Positions 1 to 10,893 of a stretch of 64,000 nt of DNA are shown piece after piece. Position 1 is the first letter of the stretch. Each line of letters opens with the position of its first letter. The notes under the pieces were generated by a model. It was not told the DNA's origin. It worked only from the letters and a program-made list of their open reading frames with translations, and did no database searches. Both the position numbers and the translations under genes were made by a program. The DNA is from an uncultured Planctomycetota bacterium (GTDB lineage Bacteria > Planctomycetota > Planctomycetia > Isosphaerales > Isosphaeraceae), in assembly GCA_963845755.1 (NCBI GenBank), contig CAWJTV010000034.1, positions 224,001-288,000 of the forward strand. Direction: 5' to 3'.

Positions 1-128
1 GTAAGATCTTCTCCCCTGGATCGAATCTCGATACAGGTCTTCCACCCCGAGAATAACGCATCCGTCCTTCCGCGAATCAGGCAGCGTCCTGTTGTTAGTC
101 ACGAGACGGTCGATGAGGATCATTTCCC

Positions 129-2431
129 TTGCGTCGAATGGCATTGGCAGGGATCAGAGGAGTGGTCTTGAGCCTCGCGCTCGTAACGATCGAGCGCGCC
201 GTGGGTCGGGTCGATGCACGACAGGTGCCGGAGACATCGACGCCGAGCTTCCTGAACACGCCGGTGTCAGATGACTCAACACCTCCTTCTGGGACGCTGG
301 GTTCTACCCCGGCACGAGCACGAAGCGCGGACGCCGCCGCGCGAATGGCGAATTATTTCGCCCAGACGCCGGCACCGGATGGGACTCGAGCGCCGGACGG
401 TCCGAGCACCGCGGTTCCGGGAATCCAGGCACTGCCCACTCCCGGCCAGCCGGCCCAACCACCAGTCCGGTCCGCGCCGGCCGCGGAACCGCAGCACCTC
501 CGAGGCAGGGGCCGGCACCGCCCCCGGCTGCGAGAGGTGGGCAAGGCGCGGTGCGAGCCCCCGGCTCGAATGCCGAGCAGCAGATCCAATTCGACTCCAG
601 CGGTTCGGTCACGATGCATACCAACGAGCTGGATGTTCGCCAGCTCCTGGAACTGCTCAGCCGGCGGAGCCGGATGAACATCCTCGTCTCACCCAAGGTC
701 ACCGGCACGATCACCGCCAATTTCGAAGGCGTCACGGTCGAACAGGTTCTCAACTCGATCATCAAGCTGGCCAATCTCGTGGACAAGCACGAAGGCTCGA
801 TCCACTACATCTACTCCAAGGACGAGCTGCAAGACGACCAAGAAATGGAAAAAAAAGAACGGATTCGAACGAGAGTCTATAAACTGAATTATGTCCGCGC
901 GGACGAGATCCTGGGGATCATCCGTCCGTTCTTGAGCGCCGACGTCGGTCGGCGGCGGATCTCGGTCACGCCTTCGTATCGGTTCGGAATCAGTGAGTCA
1001 GCGACGTTCGTCAGTGGCGGCGGACAGGCGATGTCGGCGGGCGGCGGTGGGGGAGCCGCTGGCGGCGGTGCTAGCTCGATGGGCGGTCCGGGAGGCGGAG
1101 CGGCCTCGGGGAGCGGTCCGACCATCGGCGGCTATCAGCCACCAACGGGCGGCAACTCCCTTTCGGACTTCGATCACCTGATCATCCAGGATTATGAATC
1201 CAACCTCGAGATCATCGACCAGATCATCCAGCGAATCGACGTCCGGCCGGTCCAGGTCCTGATCGAGGCGGTCATCATCAGCGTGGACCACGAGCACGCG
1301 ACACAGCTCGGTGTTAACTTCGGCGTGGTCGACAACCTGGGCACGATGCTCGGCACGGTCGGCACCGGAACGGCGTTGAACGGGAACGTCGGCTTTACCC
1401 CAACGAAACTGCTGACCGCGGCCGGAACCATCGCCCAAAGTTCCGTTACGGACGCCCAGGGCTTTACCTCGGCACAGAACGGGGTCAAGTTCGGTTTTGT
1501 CGCCAACAATGTGACGGGATTCGTCCAGGCTTTGGAGACGATCGGCAGTACCAAGATCCTGGCCAGTCCCCGGATCCTCGTCTTGAACAAGCAACGAGCC
1601 GAGATCCAACTCGGTTCTCGGCTCGGGTTCCAGACACTCTCTCAGAACTTCACGAGCACGATCCAGCAGGTCCAGTTTCTGAACACGGGGACCATGCTGC
1701 GGCTCCGACCCTTCGTCTCGGACGACGGGATGGTCCGGATGGAGATCCATCCCGAGCGGAGCTCGGGCTCGGTCACCAACAACATTCCCAACCAGCAGAC
1801 GGCGGAGCTGACGACCAACGTGATGGTCCCCGACGGGGCGACGCTGGTCATTGGCGGCCTGATGGAAGACGAAGACGACTTTTCGATGCAAGGGCTTCCG
1901 GGCCTCGCGCGGCTCCCGGTGCTCGGTTATCTCTTCGGCGCCCGGCAGAAGAGCGAGGGACGGCGTGAGCTGGTCGTGCTCTTGACGCCGCATATCTGGT
2001 CGCCCGACCTGGAGATGGCGCATGCCCCCACTCCCCCCCCCGGACCAGGGCCGGCCGGCGGCGCGGGTTCGAGAACGAGGAAGACCGCCTTTCTGGAACT
2101 ATCGACCGGAGAAACCGACCCGAGTTCGAAGACACCCGAATCGGCGGCAGGCCGCGAGATCGCATCCGGGACGGTCGATCCATCCACCACGCTCACCCAG
2201 GCTGGCGCGGACTCGACGCCGGCCGCACCGCCCGACCCGGCGACGGCCGCGGTCCCACCAACCCCCGACCGGCAAGTCTCATCGTCGCGCCGACACCGTT
2301 TGATGCCAAATCTCCGTCAATGGCTGTCCGGACGAACGCCCGAACGATCGCCTGATCAATCCCCAGCCGCCGGTCTGCAATCGAACGGCGCACCTCAGGA
2401 CCCCCAGGGACTCAATCCAGCCGACGGTTGA
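129..2431 (+). CDS. pilQ: Secretin (PilQ/GspD family), frameshifted near 550-570; probably continues through the in-frame TGA at 2429-2431 into the LysM region
   Basis: ORF 551..2431 has the N0 region (LDVRQLLELLSRRSRMNILVSPKVTGTIT), N3 (VYKLNYVRADEI) and secretin motifs (QVLIEAVII, ILASPRILVLNKQRAEIQLG, TTNVMVPDGATLVIGGL, LPVLGYLFG, RELVVLLTPHI). The signal-like N-terminus lies in ORF 129..677. Confidence 0.9.
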
Positions 2432-2464
2432 CCGGCAGTCCCAGCCTCGGGTATCCTTGCACCC

Positions 2465-3298
2465 ATGACGACGCCTCACGATGAGGCTCCATCGCCGGAG
2501 GACGAGCCAGCCATCAACCCCGCCGTGACCACTCCGCTCGGCGCGGCAACGCCCGTTCGTGCTGGCCGGAAGGACCCGATGGTGTCGCTGACGCGATGGG
2601 AGCCGGAACCCAGCTCGAGGACGTCACGCGACCAGCAACCGGCTCGAGGACGTGAGGAATCCGTAACGGCGCCGCGGTCAGACCCGGCAGGACTGCCGCT
2701 CCGGGCCGGTACCCGCCGGGATCAGTCAGCACACCGTCGCTGCCGGGGAAAGCTTCGCGAGCATCGCCTGGCTCTACTATGGAGCCGAGAGCTATGGCCA
2801 GGCCCTCTGGCAATTCAACCGGGGCAGGATCGCCCGGCCTGATCGCCTGAAAGTTGGAGATCTGCTCGTCGTGCCTCCTGCCGGAGTGCTGAATTCCCCG
2901 CGAGTGAACCACCAACGATCGGCCTCGCCGAACACCCTGGACCACAACCCGATCGCCCGCGCGAATCCAGCAGCATCCGGGCGTCCGAGATCGGCCGGAA
3001 CGACGGGCGGTTGGGTCGAGCAGCCGCGCGGTCGCAATCCCAGCGCCGTCGCGAACGATGCGGCCGCATCCGGTCCGAGGGTGACTCATCCTGGACCTCG
3101 TCCCGAGTCGCGCGTCCACCTGGTTCGGCGCTGACGAGACCCTGCGCAGCATCGCCCGAGATCGGCTGGGGGACGCCCACCGAGCGGACGAGATCCTCCA
3201 GTTGAACCGGGATCGTCTCGACGGCGAGGGCTCGCTCAGACCGGGCCTATTCCTCCGCCTGCCCGACGATGCTCGAACCCAGCGGTCGGTGCCTTGAA
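2465..3298 (+). CDS. Pro-rich linker plus two LysM peptidoglycan-binding domains (frameshifted); likely the C-terminus of the secretin
   Basis: From 2721: [21 protein letters not shown]...[24 protein letters not shown]. From about 3111: [36 protein letters not shown]...[10 protein letters not shown]. Both fit the LysM pattern. ATG 2465 is in the secretin frame. Confidence 0.75.
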
Positions 3299-3723
3299 GC
3301 CTGCCGCGCATCCGAGCCGAGCAGTGCCGCGACTACGACCAAGCTGATTACAGCCCAGCCTGCAACCACCGCGGCCATCACTCTCGAGACCCCGACACGC
3401 TCCCAAAGGTCGCCGGTTCCCATGCCAATCAGCAGCAGGTAGAACGAGGGGAAGAGTAGCGCCGTTGTCAACTCCACGATCGCATATCGTGGTGAAATCC
3501 GACCACGACAGTGCCGGCATCTGCCGGCCAGGAACAGCCACCCCAGAACTGGAATATTGTCGCGTGCACGGATCAGCGCCAGGCAGCGCGGGCATCGCGA
3601 CCTCGGACGAAAGAGACTCATCAACCGGCGAATCCGATATACGCACACGTTCAGAAAGCTGCCGATGCATCCGCCCACGATCAAAAACAGGATCGCGAGT
3701 ACAACATGATGTGAAATAGTCAT
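3247..3723 (-). CDS. Prepilin peptidase A24 N-terminal (Zn-binding) domain protein, short form
   Basis: [15 protein letters not shown]...PRSRCPRC...[31 protein letters not shown] is the PilD N-terminal signature. No GxGD motif follows. Confidence 0.85.
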   Translation of the reverse strand: MTISHHVVLAILFLIVGGCIGSFLNVCVYRIRRLMSLFRPRSRCPRCLALIRARDNIPVLGWLFLAGRCRHCRGRISPRYAIVELTTALLFPSFYLLLIGMGTGDLWERVGVSRVMAAVVAGWAVISLVVVAALLGSDARQASRHRPLGSSIVGQAEE

Positions 3724-4283
3724 GAGGCTTCCGTTGACTCATGGGTTGCGAGGCGCGGACCGACCACTCCCGTTGAGGCCGATTGATGGTGTGCCCGCCG
3801 TTGTGCCGCGGACGGCTCGATGCGCCCGCTGTGAAGCAGTACCCATTGATAGCACAATAGGACGAGATACAGGCCGAGAAACAGGGGAAGGAAGTATCCC
3901 GCGCGGAATCGGCTGCCGAACATGGGATAATTCTTGTAGACGACGAGGAAGGGGATGCCCGCCGCGGTCATCACGTACTTGCCCAGCAGGAAAGCCGTAT
4001 GTCCATGGGACAGCAGGTAAAGCATGAACGGGTTGCCTTCCTCGCTATTGATCTCGAGCAGTTCGATGGTCAGCAGGCCGTCGACGAGCGTCAAGCCAAG
4101 AATCGCCACGATCATGCCGAGCGTGATCGCATCGAATTGATCGACGAAGAACGCGCCACGACGCTCCTCTTCTCGCCTCGGCCCTCGGCGGCGGCCCCCA
4201 AAGCGGAACGCATCGAGGGGTGACGTGGGATTCTGGCGCCGATCTTCCCGCTTCCGCGATTCTCCATGGGGATTCTCGTTCAT
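3720..4283 (-). CDS. DUF5658-like membrane protein
   Basis: [10 protein letters not shown]...FVDQF, then a TM segment with [11 protein letters not shown]...[11 protein letters not shown]...FLLGKY. 4-nt overlap with the peptidase gene. Confidence 0.7.
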   Translation of the reverse strand: MNENPHGESRKREDRRQNPTSPLDAFRFGGRRRGPRREEERRGAFFVDQFDAITLGMIVAILGLTLVDGLLTIELLEINSEEGNPFMLYLLSHGHTAFLLGKYVMTAAGIPFLVVYKNYPMFGSRFRAGYFLPLFLGLYLVLLCYQWVLLHSGRIEPSAAQRRAHHQSASTGVVGPRLATHESTEAS

Positions 4284-4506
4284 GCGCGATGGTGAAGGTA
4301 CGCGCGCACTGGGAGCGCGGTTTCCCAGCGACCAAACCCGAGACACGAACGATCCGTGAGCCCCCGGCACGCTGGTAGGACCGGGGCCGCGTCCACCTGT
4401 TCAATCCAGCCTAGGCCGAGTTCGCAACGAGCGAGCGAGCATGCGTCTGCGCGTTGACGTAGAACAACATTGGCGAGAGGCGATGGTGATGTAAGGGAAG
4501 CAAGGG

Positions 4507-6246
4507 TTACTCTTCTTCGGCCATGGTGACGCTCAAGGCAGCCTCGAGGCTGGTCAGTCCCTGGCGGACCTTATCAAGCGCGCTATCAAAGAGCATCTTC
4601 ATCCCTTCCTCGCGAGCGGCCTTGCGGAGCTGGTCCACAGGGGATCGCTTCTGAATCAGAGAAATGAGCCTGGGAGTGATGCGAATCACCTCGAAAACGC
4701 CGACTCGTCCGCGATAACCCATGCGCCGGCACTGGAGGCATCCCTTGGGGCGGTAGATGGTCTCGCCGAGCGGCAGGCCATGCTGATCGGCCATTTCGGC
4801 ACTGACCTCATAGGGTTCCTTGCAGTGCGTGCAGAGCCGGCGAACCAGCCGCTGAGCCTCCAGCACCCGGAGGGAGCAGGCGAGCAGGAACGGCTCGATG
4901 CCCATGTCCTGAAGTCGGGTCACGGCCGACAGGGCATCGTTCGTGTGGATCGTCGAGAGGACGAAGTGCCCGGTCAGCGCGGCGCGAAGGCAGATCTCGG
5001 CGGTCTCCTGGTCGCGTACCTCGCCGACCATGATAATGTCCGGATCCTGCCGCAGGAACGCCCGCAGGGCCGACTGGAAGGTCAACCCGACCGGGGCTTT
5101 GACCTGCACCTGGTTCATCCCCTTGAACTTGTACTCCACCGGGTCCTCGACCGTGCAGATATTGACCTTCGCATCGTTGAGCTGGTTGAGGCACGAATAC
5201 AGCGTAGTTGACTTGCCGCTTCCGGTCGGGCCGGTTACCAGCGCCAGGCCGTATGGCGAGTGGATCGACTCGATCAGGTCGGTCAACTGCCGCTCGTCCA
5301 GGCCCAGGCCGGTCAGATTCAGGGGGATCGCGCCTTTGTCCAGGATTCGCATGACCATCTTCTCGCCATGGACCGTCGGGACCGTATTGACGCGAAGGTC
5401 GATCCGCTTGTCGCCCGTCCGCAGCGCGATCGCGCCGTCCTGAGGAATCCGCTTCTCGGCGATATCCATCTTCGCGAGCACTTTCAACCGGGAGATGATC
5501 ATGATGAACACGGTCTTCGACGGCGACGGGAGTTCGTGCAGCACGCCGTCGATTCGGAGCCGGAACTTGCAGCCGTCTTCGAATGGCTCGAGGTGAATGT
5601 CGCTGGCTCCGTTGCGTAGCGCCTGCTCGAGGATCTGATTGACCATGCGGACGATCCGGCCGTTGGCGTCCGCGGTGGGCGTGGCGTCGAGGTTGAGGAT
5701 GTTCTCATTGTCGTCGCCCTCCTCACCCTCGATCACGTCGAAGCCCTCGCTCCCCTCGCCGATGCCCTTGGTGTGCTGATCGGTCCGATAGAGGAGGTCG
5801 AGCTGACTCTGCACGACCGATAGGGGCGCGATGATCGGGTTGATCCGCAGCCCGGTCATGAGCTCGAGCTCGTCCACGACCCCCATCTCCTCGGGGGAGA
5901 CGAACGCGACGTCGAGCACGTTGTCCCGGACCGCCATCGGGCAGATCAGCCGATCGATGCAGAGTTTCTCCGGAACCAGGCTGCCGATCTCCTTATCGAC
6001 CACGCCGGCTTCGATATTGTTGCGGATCACCGGCAGGAACAGGTCCTCGGCATAGAGGTTGGTGATCTCTTGCTCGGAGATGTGGCCGGCACGGATCAGG
6101 GCCACCTCGGACAAGGTCCCGGACCCGGCTTTGCGGAGCGTCTCCTCGATCTGGTCGAGCTGTTTCGCTGTGAACCAGTTGCGTCGCGCCAGCAGCTCCA
6201 GGACCAGAGGTTGCGTTTCTGTTTCTTTGTAGAGGGTGGCCATCAC
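4507..6246 (-). CDS. pilB: Pilus assembly ATPase, PilB/GspE family
   Basis: ASDIHLEP, RIPQDG, Walker A GPTGSGKSTT, TVEDPVEY, LRQDPDIIMVGEVRD, ALTGHFVLSTIHTND, CxxC...CxxC, GYRGRVGVFEV. Confidence 0.96.
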   Translation of the reverse strand: MMATLYKETETQPLVLELLARRNWFTAKQLDQIEETLRKAGSGTLSEVALIRAGHISEQEITNLYAEDLFLPVIRNNIEAGVVDKEIGSLVPEKLCIDRLICPMAVRDNVLDVAFVSPEEMGVVDELELMTGLRINPIIAPLSVVQSQLDLLYRTDQHTKGIGEGSEGFDVIEGEEGDDNENILNLDATPTADANGRIVRMVNQILEQALRNGASDIHLEPFEDGCKFRLRIDGVLHELPSPSKTVFIMIISRLKVLAKMDIAEKRIPQDGAIALRTGDKRIDLRVNTVPTVHGEKMVMRILDKGAIPLNLTGLGLDERQLTDLIESIHSPYGLALVTGPTGSGKSTTLYSCLNQLNDAKVNICTVEDPVEYKFKGMNQVQVKAPVGLTFQSALRAFLRQDPDIIMVGEVRDQETAEICLRAALTGHFVLSTIHTNDALSAVTRLQDMGIEPFLLACSLRVLEAQRLVRRLCTHCKEPYEVSAEMADQHGLPLGETIYRPKGCLQCRRMGYRGRVGVFEVIRITPRLISLIQKRSPVDQLRKAAREEGMKMLFDSALDKVRQGLTSLEAALSVTMAEEE

Positions 6247-6270
6247 GGTTCGCCAACGGTGTTGAGGATG

Positions 6271-6385
6271 GGATCTAGGATCTCAGATTCAATATTCCCG
6301 ATTCAAGATTCAAAATGATGAAGTTTCAAGAATTCGGTCTCTGACGTGTGGAAAACTTCGCGTTTTGCGATGGGGCCGCGTCAGG
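6271..6385. repeat. Heptamer (GATYNNN) array with GCCGCGTCAG end; dispersed repeat copy A
   Basis: ggatctaggatctcagattcaatattcccgattcaagattcaa ... ttgcgatggggccgcgtcagg. Confidence 0.55.
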
Positions 6386-7139
6386 GATCGGCGGCAGGGG
6401 TTGTTGCTGAGTCGGCACGTGACGTCGGAGCACGGCGCCCCCGCGATGAGGGGGCTTTCCCCGACATGAGATCGGTCAGGTCCGACTTTCCGACGATGCT
6501 CCGTCCCAATGCGCCCAGCGGTGACTTGAGCAGCTTCTGGATCACGGCGAGCTGGCCGGACGGGTCGAGCATCGTCGCCTCCGGAGACCCGGCAATGCCC
6601 GGCCTCGGTGCCGCGGGGCGATTGCCGAGCTGATCCGGATAACTCAGCACGTAGTTCCGGTTATTTCCCCTCAGGATGACTCTCGACGGCAGGACAACGG
6701 TTAGCAACAACTGCGAGGAGGGATCTTGGGAGTCGTTCCGGAATCGAAGAGGTTGACCCCTTGAGTAGATCCGGCCGTCGATAATCGCGATCTGGTCGCG
6801 ACCTTGGAAAAACGTGGCTTCCAGCGTCATCTGCCGAACGAGATCGGCCAGTGGATCGGATGGGGGATCGGAAGGGAGGCTGGCCTGCGATTGGGACGCG
6901 TCTGCCGACGGGCTCGTCACGTGGCTGACCTGGAACGGGTCGCGAAACTCTCCGATCAGCCGTTCCGCCGTTTCGGTGCCGGATTCCAGCATGCCTTCCA
7001 TCACCTCCAGGCCCTTCTCCACGTCGGACCGGCCCGTTGCCCGCTTGGGAAGACTCTCATGGAGTGAGTAGCTGGAGTACCCGAGAAAGACGATCAGGAT
7101 GAGCGTCGGTGCCAGCTTCAACAGCTTCGCGGTGTTCAT
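6381..7139 (-). CDS. Pilus/T2SS accessory protein (PilP/GspB-like position)
   Basis: N-terminal TM, RDPF motif and LEATFFQGRDQIAIIDGRIY beta domain; located between pilO and pilB. Confidence 0.6.
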   Translation of the reverse strand: MNTAKLLKLAPTLILIVFLGYSSYSLHESLPKRATGRSDVEKGLEVMEGMLESGTETAERLIGEFRDPFQVSHVTSPSADASQSQASLPSDPPSDPLADLVRQMTLEATFFQGRDQIAIIDGRIYSRGQPLRFRNDSQDPSSQLLLTVVLPSRVILRGNNRNYVLSYPDQLGNRPAAPRPGIAGSPEATMLDPSGQLAVIQKLLKSPLGALGRSIVGKSDLTDLMSGKAPSSRGRRAPTSRADSATTPAADP

Positions 7140-7181
7140 TGGAGAGGGGTCCCGTTACGAGGGCGGCTCCCGGGAGCTTCT

Positions 7182-7764
7182 TCAGCGCCGGCCTGCCTCG
7201 GACTGGGCCTTCGCGCCGGTCGCCGACTTTTCGGTCAGGCTGACGAGGGTGACCTGGACGTTGAGACGCCTGGGGTCCGTGTGGTTCGGGGCGAGTTGGA
7301 TCGAGTCAATTCGCAACAGCCGCCGGTCGGTTTCAACCCAGTTCAGAAACGCATCGATGTCGGTGAAGTGTCCGTCCATCGTCAAGCGAAGGCCGATCGC
7401 CCGATAGGGACCGAGGCCCTTGGAACCTTCGGGTTTCAGGTCGATCAGCCTCAGAGGGGATGACCGAATGTGATCGATCACGCGCCGCATCAGTTCGTTG
7501 GCGTCGGCCCCGCCCGAGATGAGGCCCTGGTAGGGTGCCAGGCTCTTCCGGAGCTGCTCGACCTCGCGCGCCGTCGCGAGTCGCTTGCGCTCCCTGATCG
7601 ATCCGCGCCGTCGTGGTGATCATCTGTTCGTTTAAGGGTATGAAGTACATCACATACCATCCAGCGATGATCGCAATGCAGAGGACGACCCGGAGCTTCA
7701 GGGGATGACTGAGCTGTTCCAGGATGATCCGCTTGTAGCCGGACTTCGAGGACGGCTGGCTCAT
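7182..7764 (-). CDS. PilO-like pilus alignment protein (frameshift near 7590)
   Basis: N-terminal TM and coiled coil (ORF 7333..7764) joined to LTMDGHFTDIDAFLNWVETDRRLLRIDSIQL (ORF 7182..7490). Confidence 0.75.
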
Positions 7765-7914
7765 GGCCTCAGTTCCCTCGGCGGCAGAGAGTGGGCAGCA
7801 GGCACTGACGACATTACAGGTTCGGTCACTTCCGGGTTGGTCTCGTCCTCAGGGTGGTTCAGGTCCAGGTTGGCCGGGTGGCACCCGGCGTGCCCAACCC
7901 GATCGCGAGCCGCT

Positions 7915-9431
7915 CTACCGTGCTCCGCCGGCTTTGGATTCCATCTTCGGCAGGCAGATGACGGTATAAGACGCGAAAGGATGGCCTTTCTGAACGGCCG
8001 GATTGGACCGCAGGCCGGAGACCTCGATGAGGGGGAAATTCCGCTTGAGCGACGGATCCTTGCAGCGCAGCCAGGAAGCCGTCGATCTCGCTCGGCAACG
8101 ACCCGTCATCGGCCATCGGCGTCGCAAAGTTCATGGTCAGTTGTTTCTTGGTGGTGGTCGGAGTTGACTTGGAGCCGATCTCCAGGGTGGCCGTTCCCGA
8201 CATCGAAGTAATCACCGTGTTTTCGGGCGCGGCCGTGGCGATGGACCGGAGTGGGACGGACCAGGCGATACGACTGTTCTGAAACAGATCGAGCGACTGG
8301 GAACGATCCTGGAGTGCCTTCTTCTCAACATCGAGCTTCTTCTGGTCCCAGTCTTTCAGCCAGGAGAACGCTTTGAGTTGGATCCCGACCTCGTTGAGCT
8401 GAACTTCGGCTTCTGCCGCCGTCCCGTTCAGGAAGAGCGAGACGGCACCGAGCAGGGCGCCTTGGACGGCAAGCTCCCCCCAGGGAAAGATCTCGCGGAG
8501 CGTGGGGGAGGGCTTGAGCGTTCGCGACAGATCGAGCCCCGACTCGTCTTCGAGGGGGCTGGCCAGGGCGACTCCGAGCGCGGCCGAAGCCGCATCGTAG
8601 TTCGGCTCGGCGCAGCGAATTAACCGTGTCGCCGGTGCGCTGTTGGAACGCCTCAGGTCGCTGCGTCAGGACGACTTCCGGGCGGCCGTGTAGTATCATG
8701 GTATCGATCGGCAGAGGAATCCGGCAGTTCCGCCAGAGCATCCAGAGGGTCGAGTAGGCGGCCAGGACCGCGACCGTCTCCTCGCCGGGGGTCAGATCGA
8801 ATGTGTGCCAGAAGAGGGGCTGCGATCCCGCGGCCAGCACGCCGATCGCCTGGTGGGGACCGAGGAAGATCCGCACGCACAACACGGAGCCGCGGGGCGG
8901 CTTGCGGTGATACGCGCCGGCACGGTACAGCGCGGCGGGGACCGGCTCGGCCAGTCCGACGCGCGTACCCAATCCGCCCATCATCCCGACCAACGACTCG
9001 ATCGCCCCGCGCGGGGAAGCCGCCACGCAGGCTAGGGGTTGCTTGTTGAGCTCAAGCTTGAGCAACTCGATGATCCGTTCTTCGGACCGGATGTTGGTCG
9101 CCTGCACGGCCTCGAGGAAATAGGTCTGCGGGGGCGCGTTGCGATTGGCTTGGGTGATGGGCACCACGGCCTGGAAGACTTGCGACTCGGGCACACCCAG
9201 TTGGACCCAGGGACCAGCCTCGGCCTGCCGGCCCCGTCGCGACTTGATCCACGGTCCCATGACGCGCTCCAGGACCTCCTGCGCGGACTCGCCTTCGCAG
9301 GACTGGACGTCGCGGAAGACCTGGCGCCGGCTGAGCGGCGTTGCCGACACGATGGAAATGGCGATCCGCCGTTCCTCGATCACCAGCCCGATGGACCGCC
9401 GGACGGCGCATCGCGATAAGAGTGACTTCAT
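7915..9431 (-). CDS. PilM-PilN-like fusion protein (frameshifts near 8635 and 8060)
   Basis: SIGLVIEERRIAI (actin-fold start), EPVPAAL and AALGVAL, then GLDLSRTL, a TM, a coiled coil and WSVPLRSIATAAPENTVITSM, typical of PilN, in one reconstructed frame. Confidence 0.7.
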
Positions 9432-9487
9432 GGTCGGTTGGCTCTCGGTTTTCGGGCCCGGCCCTCCGGCTGGACCTGTCCTCCGGA

Positions 9488-9630
9488 GGATCTCCGCGCC
9501 GCGCACACCTTGCGGATTCGAGATTCTCAATCCCAGATTCGCGATTCCGTCGCGTGACGCGTTTCCCCAACTGGCATCCGGAATCGGAAATCCGGAATCC
9601 TGGTTGGGTTGCAGCCGAAGGCCGCGTGAG
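9488..9630. repeat. Hairpin-plus-heptamer dispersed repeat copy B, downstream of the major pilin
   Basis: GATTC-type heptamers facing GAATC-type heptamers, ending ttgcagccgaaggccgcgtgag. Confidence 0.7.
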
Positions 9631-9755
9631 CACTCGATCAAATAGCGGCGGGCGACCGCAACCGGCCGCCCGCACAAAGGTCAGGTCCACAACAACCTGT
9701 GAGCCCGGGGACGACGATGCCGCCCGCCGGTTCTCGCCATCACGCGATGCGGCGA

Positions 9756-10232
9756 TCAGGAGCCGCTGCTGCTGGAGCTGCCACTCGCGCTGACCGTGAC
9801 CGGGCAGATCTGCGGGAAGGTCATGATCGTCGAGGTGGACGAAGAGTCAAACCCGGTCTGCGTCCAGTTGACGGTATAAGCGTAGCTCGAGTTCGCATTC
9901 CGTGTGAGCATCAGCGACCACGTCGGGTTCCCGGCACTGTCGGCTGTCACCGTGATGGTGCTCGGGACGGTGAAATACTGGGGCGCGGGAAGGTTGACAT
10001 CGAGCGAACTGATCGTGCTGGCGTAGACGCCGTTCTGGGCCAGGTACCGCTCCTCGGCGGACTGGATGGCCGAGAGGTAATTGAAGGATTCCGCCGCCTT
10101 CGATTTCTCCACGGACTGGAGGAAGCGGGGGACGCCGAAGGCAGCCAGAACGCCGATGATGACGATCACGACCGCGAGTTCGACGAGGGTGAACCCTTTG
10201 CGGGTTCGCTGGCGTGAGACGAATCTGTGCAT
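9756..10232 (-). CDS. pilA: Major type IV pilin
   Basis: Class III signal RKG|FTLVELAVVIVIIGVLAAFGVPRF; KAAESFNYLSAIQSAEERY; Ser/Thr-rich C-terminus. Confidence 0.9.
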   Translation of the reverse strand: MHRFVSRQRTRKGFTLVELAVVIVIIGVLAAFGVPRFLQSVEKSKAAESFNYLSAIQSAEERYLAQNGVYASTISSLDVNLPAPQYFTVPSTITVTADSAGNPTWSLMLTRNANSSYAYTVNWTQTGFDSSSTSTIMTFPQICPVTVSASGSSSSSGS

Positions 10233-10780
10233 GGTCTTTGGCTCTCTCTCGTTACTTGATCCGAATCCAGGTAATCAACCGACAGAAACTGATTCTTCAG
10301 GTTCTTCTACCCCGGCCGAGCTGACTTCAGCCGGGAGACGAACACGGCGGATGGGTGGGGCATTCGCCGGGGACAGACCTGACAACCTTCACTGTCCTCG
10401 ATTGTCCCGGGCAACGATTTTTCCGACTTGCAAGCCCTGCCCATGTGGAGAGGCGACGTCGCCCTGCGGTCGCATGCCGCCGGTGACACTCAACGCTAGT
10501 TCAAATCCAGCCTTCGTCAAATCCGTGCGTGATACGCTGGCTGACCCATCGACTCGGCTCCGGGTCGCGAGTTGATCGAATTCAACATGGTTGCACGCCG
10601 GTGGAGAAATCGGGCCTAGAGTTGAACGAAGAGAGGGAGAGAATCCGACCCCAGTACCGGATGGCCGCGGAGTGTTGACGGGGCGGAACTCGCGTCCTCC
10701 CGGGTTGGCGAAGCCGGTGGTTCGCCTTCCCTTCCAGTCGACAGCGGTAGGTCTCAGAGGGCGCTCCGTCGCGACCAATT

Positions 10781-10883
10781 AGACATCTCAGATTACGCGT
10801 TTCCGGTGTGGATTCAGCTTTCGTGGGTCCCTTCGTCTTAGAATCGGGGATCTGGAATCTCGTTGCGGCGCCAGCCGCGTGAG
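10781..10883. repeat. Degenerate hairpin-plus-heptamer repeat copy C, directly upstream of pilC
   Basis: gaatcggggatctggaatctcgttgcggcgccagccgcgtgag. Confidence 0.5.
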
Positions 10884-10893
10884 GGGGTGGAAC

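Noticed and set aside
10650..10735. Possible c-di-GMP-I riboswitch upstream of pilA (GGCGAACC...GGACGCGAG on the minus strand)
   Set aside because: No GNRA loop and no convincing P1; GGCGAA simply pairs with the nearby TTCGCC. An Rfam scan would settle it.
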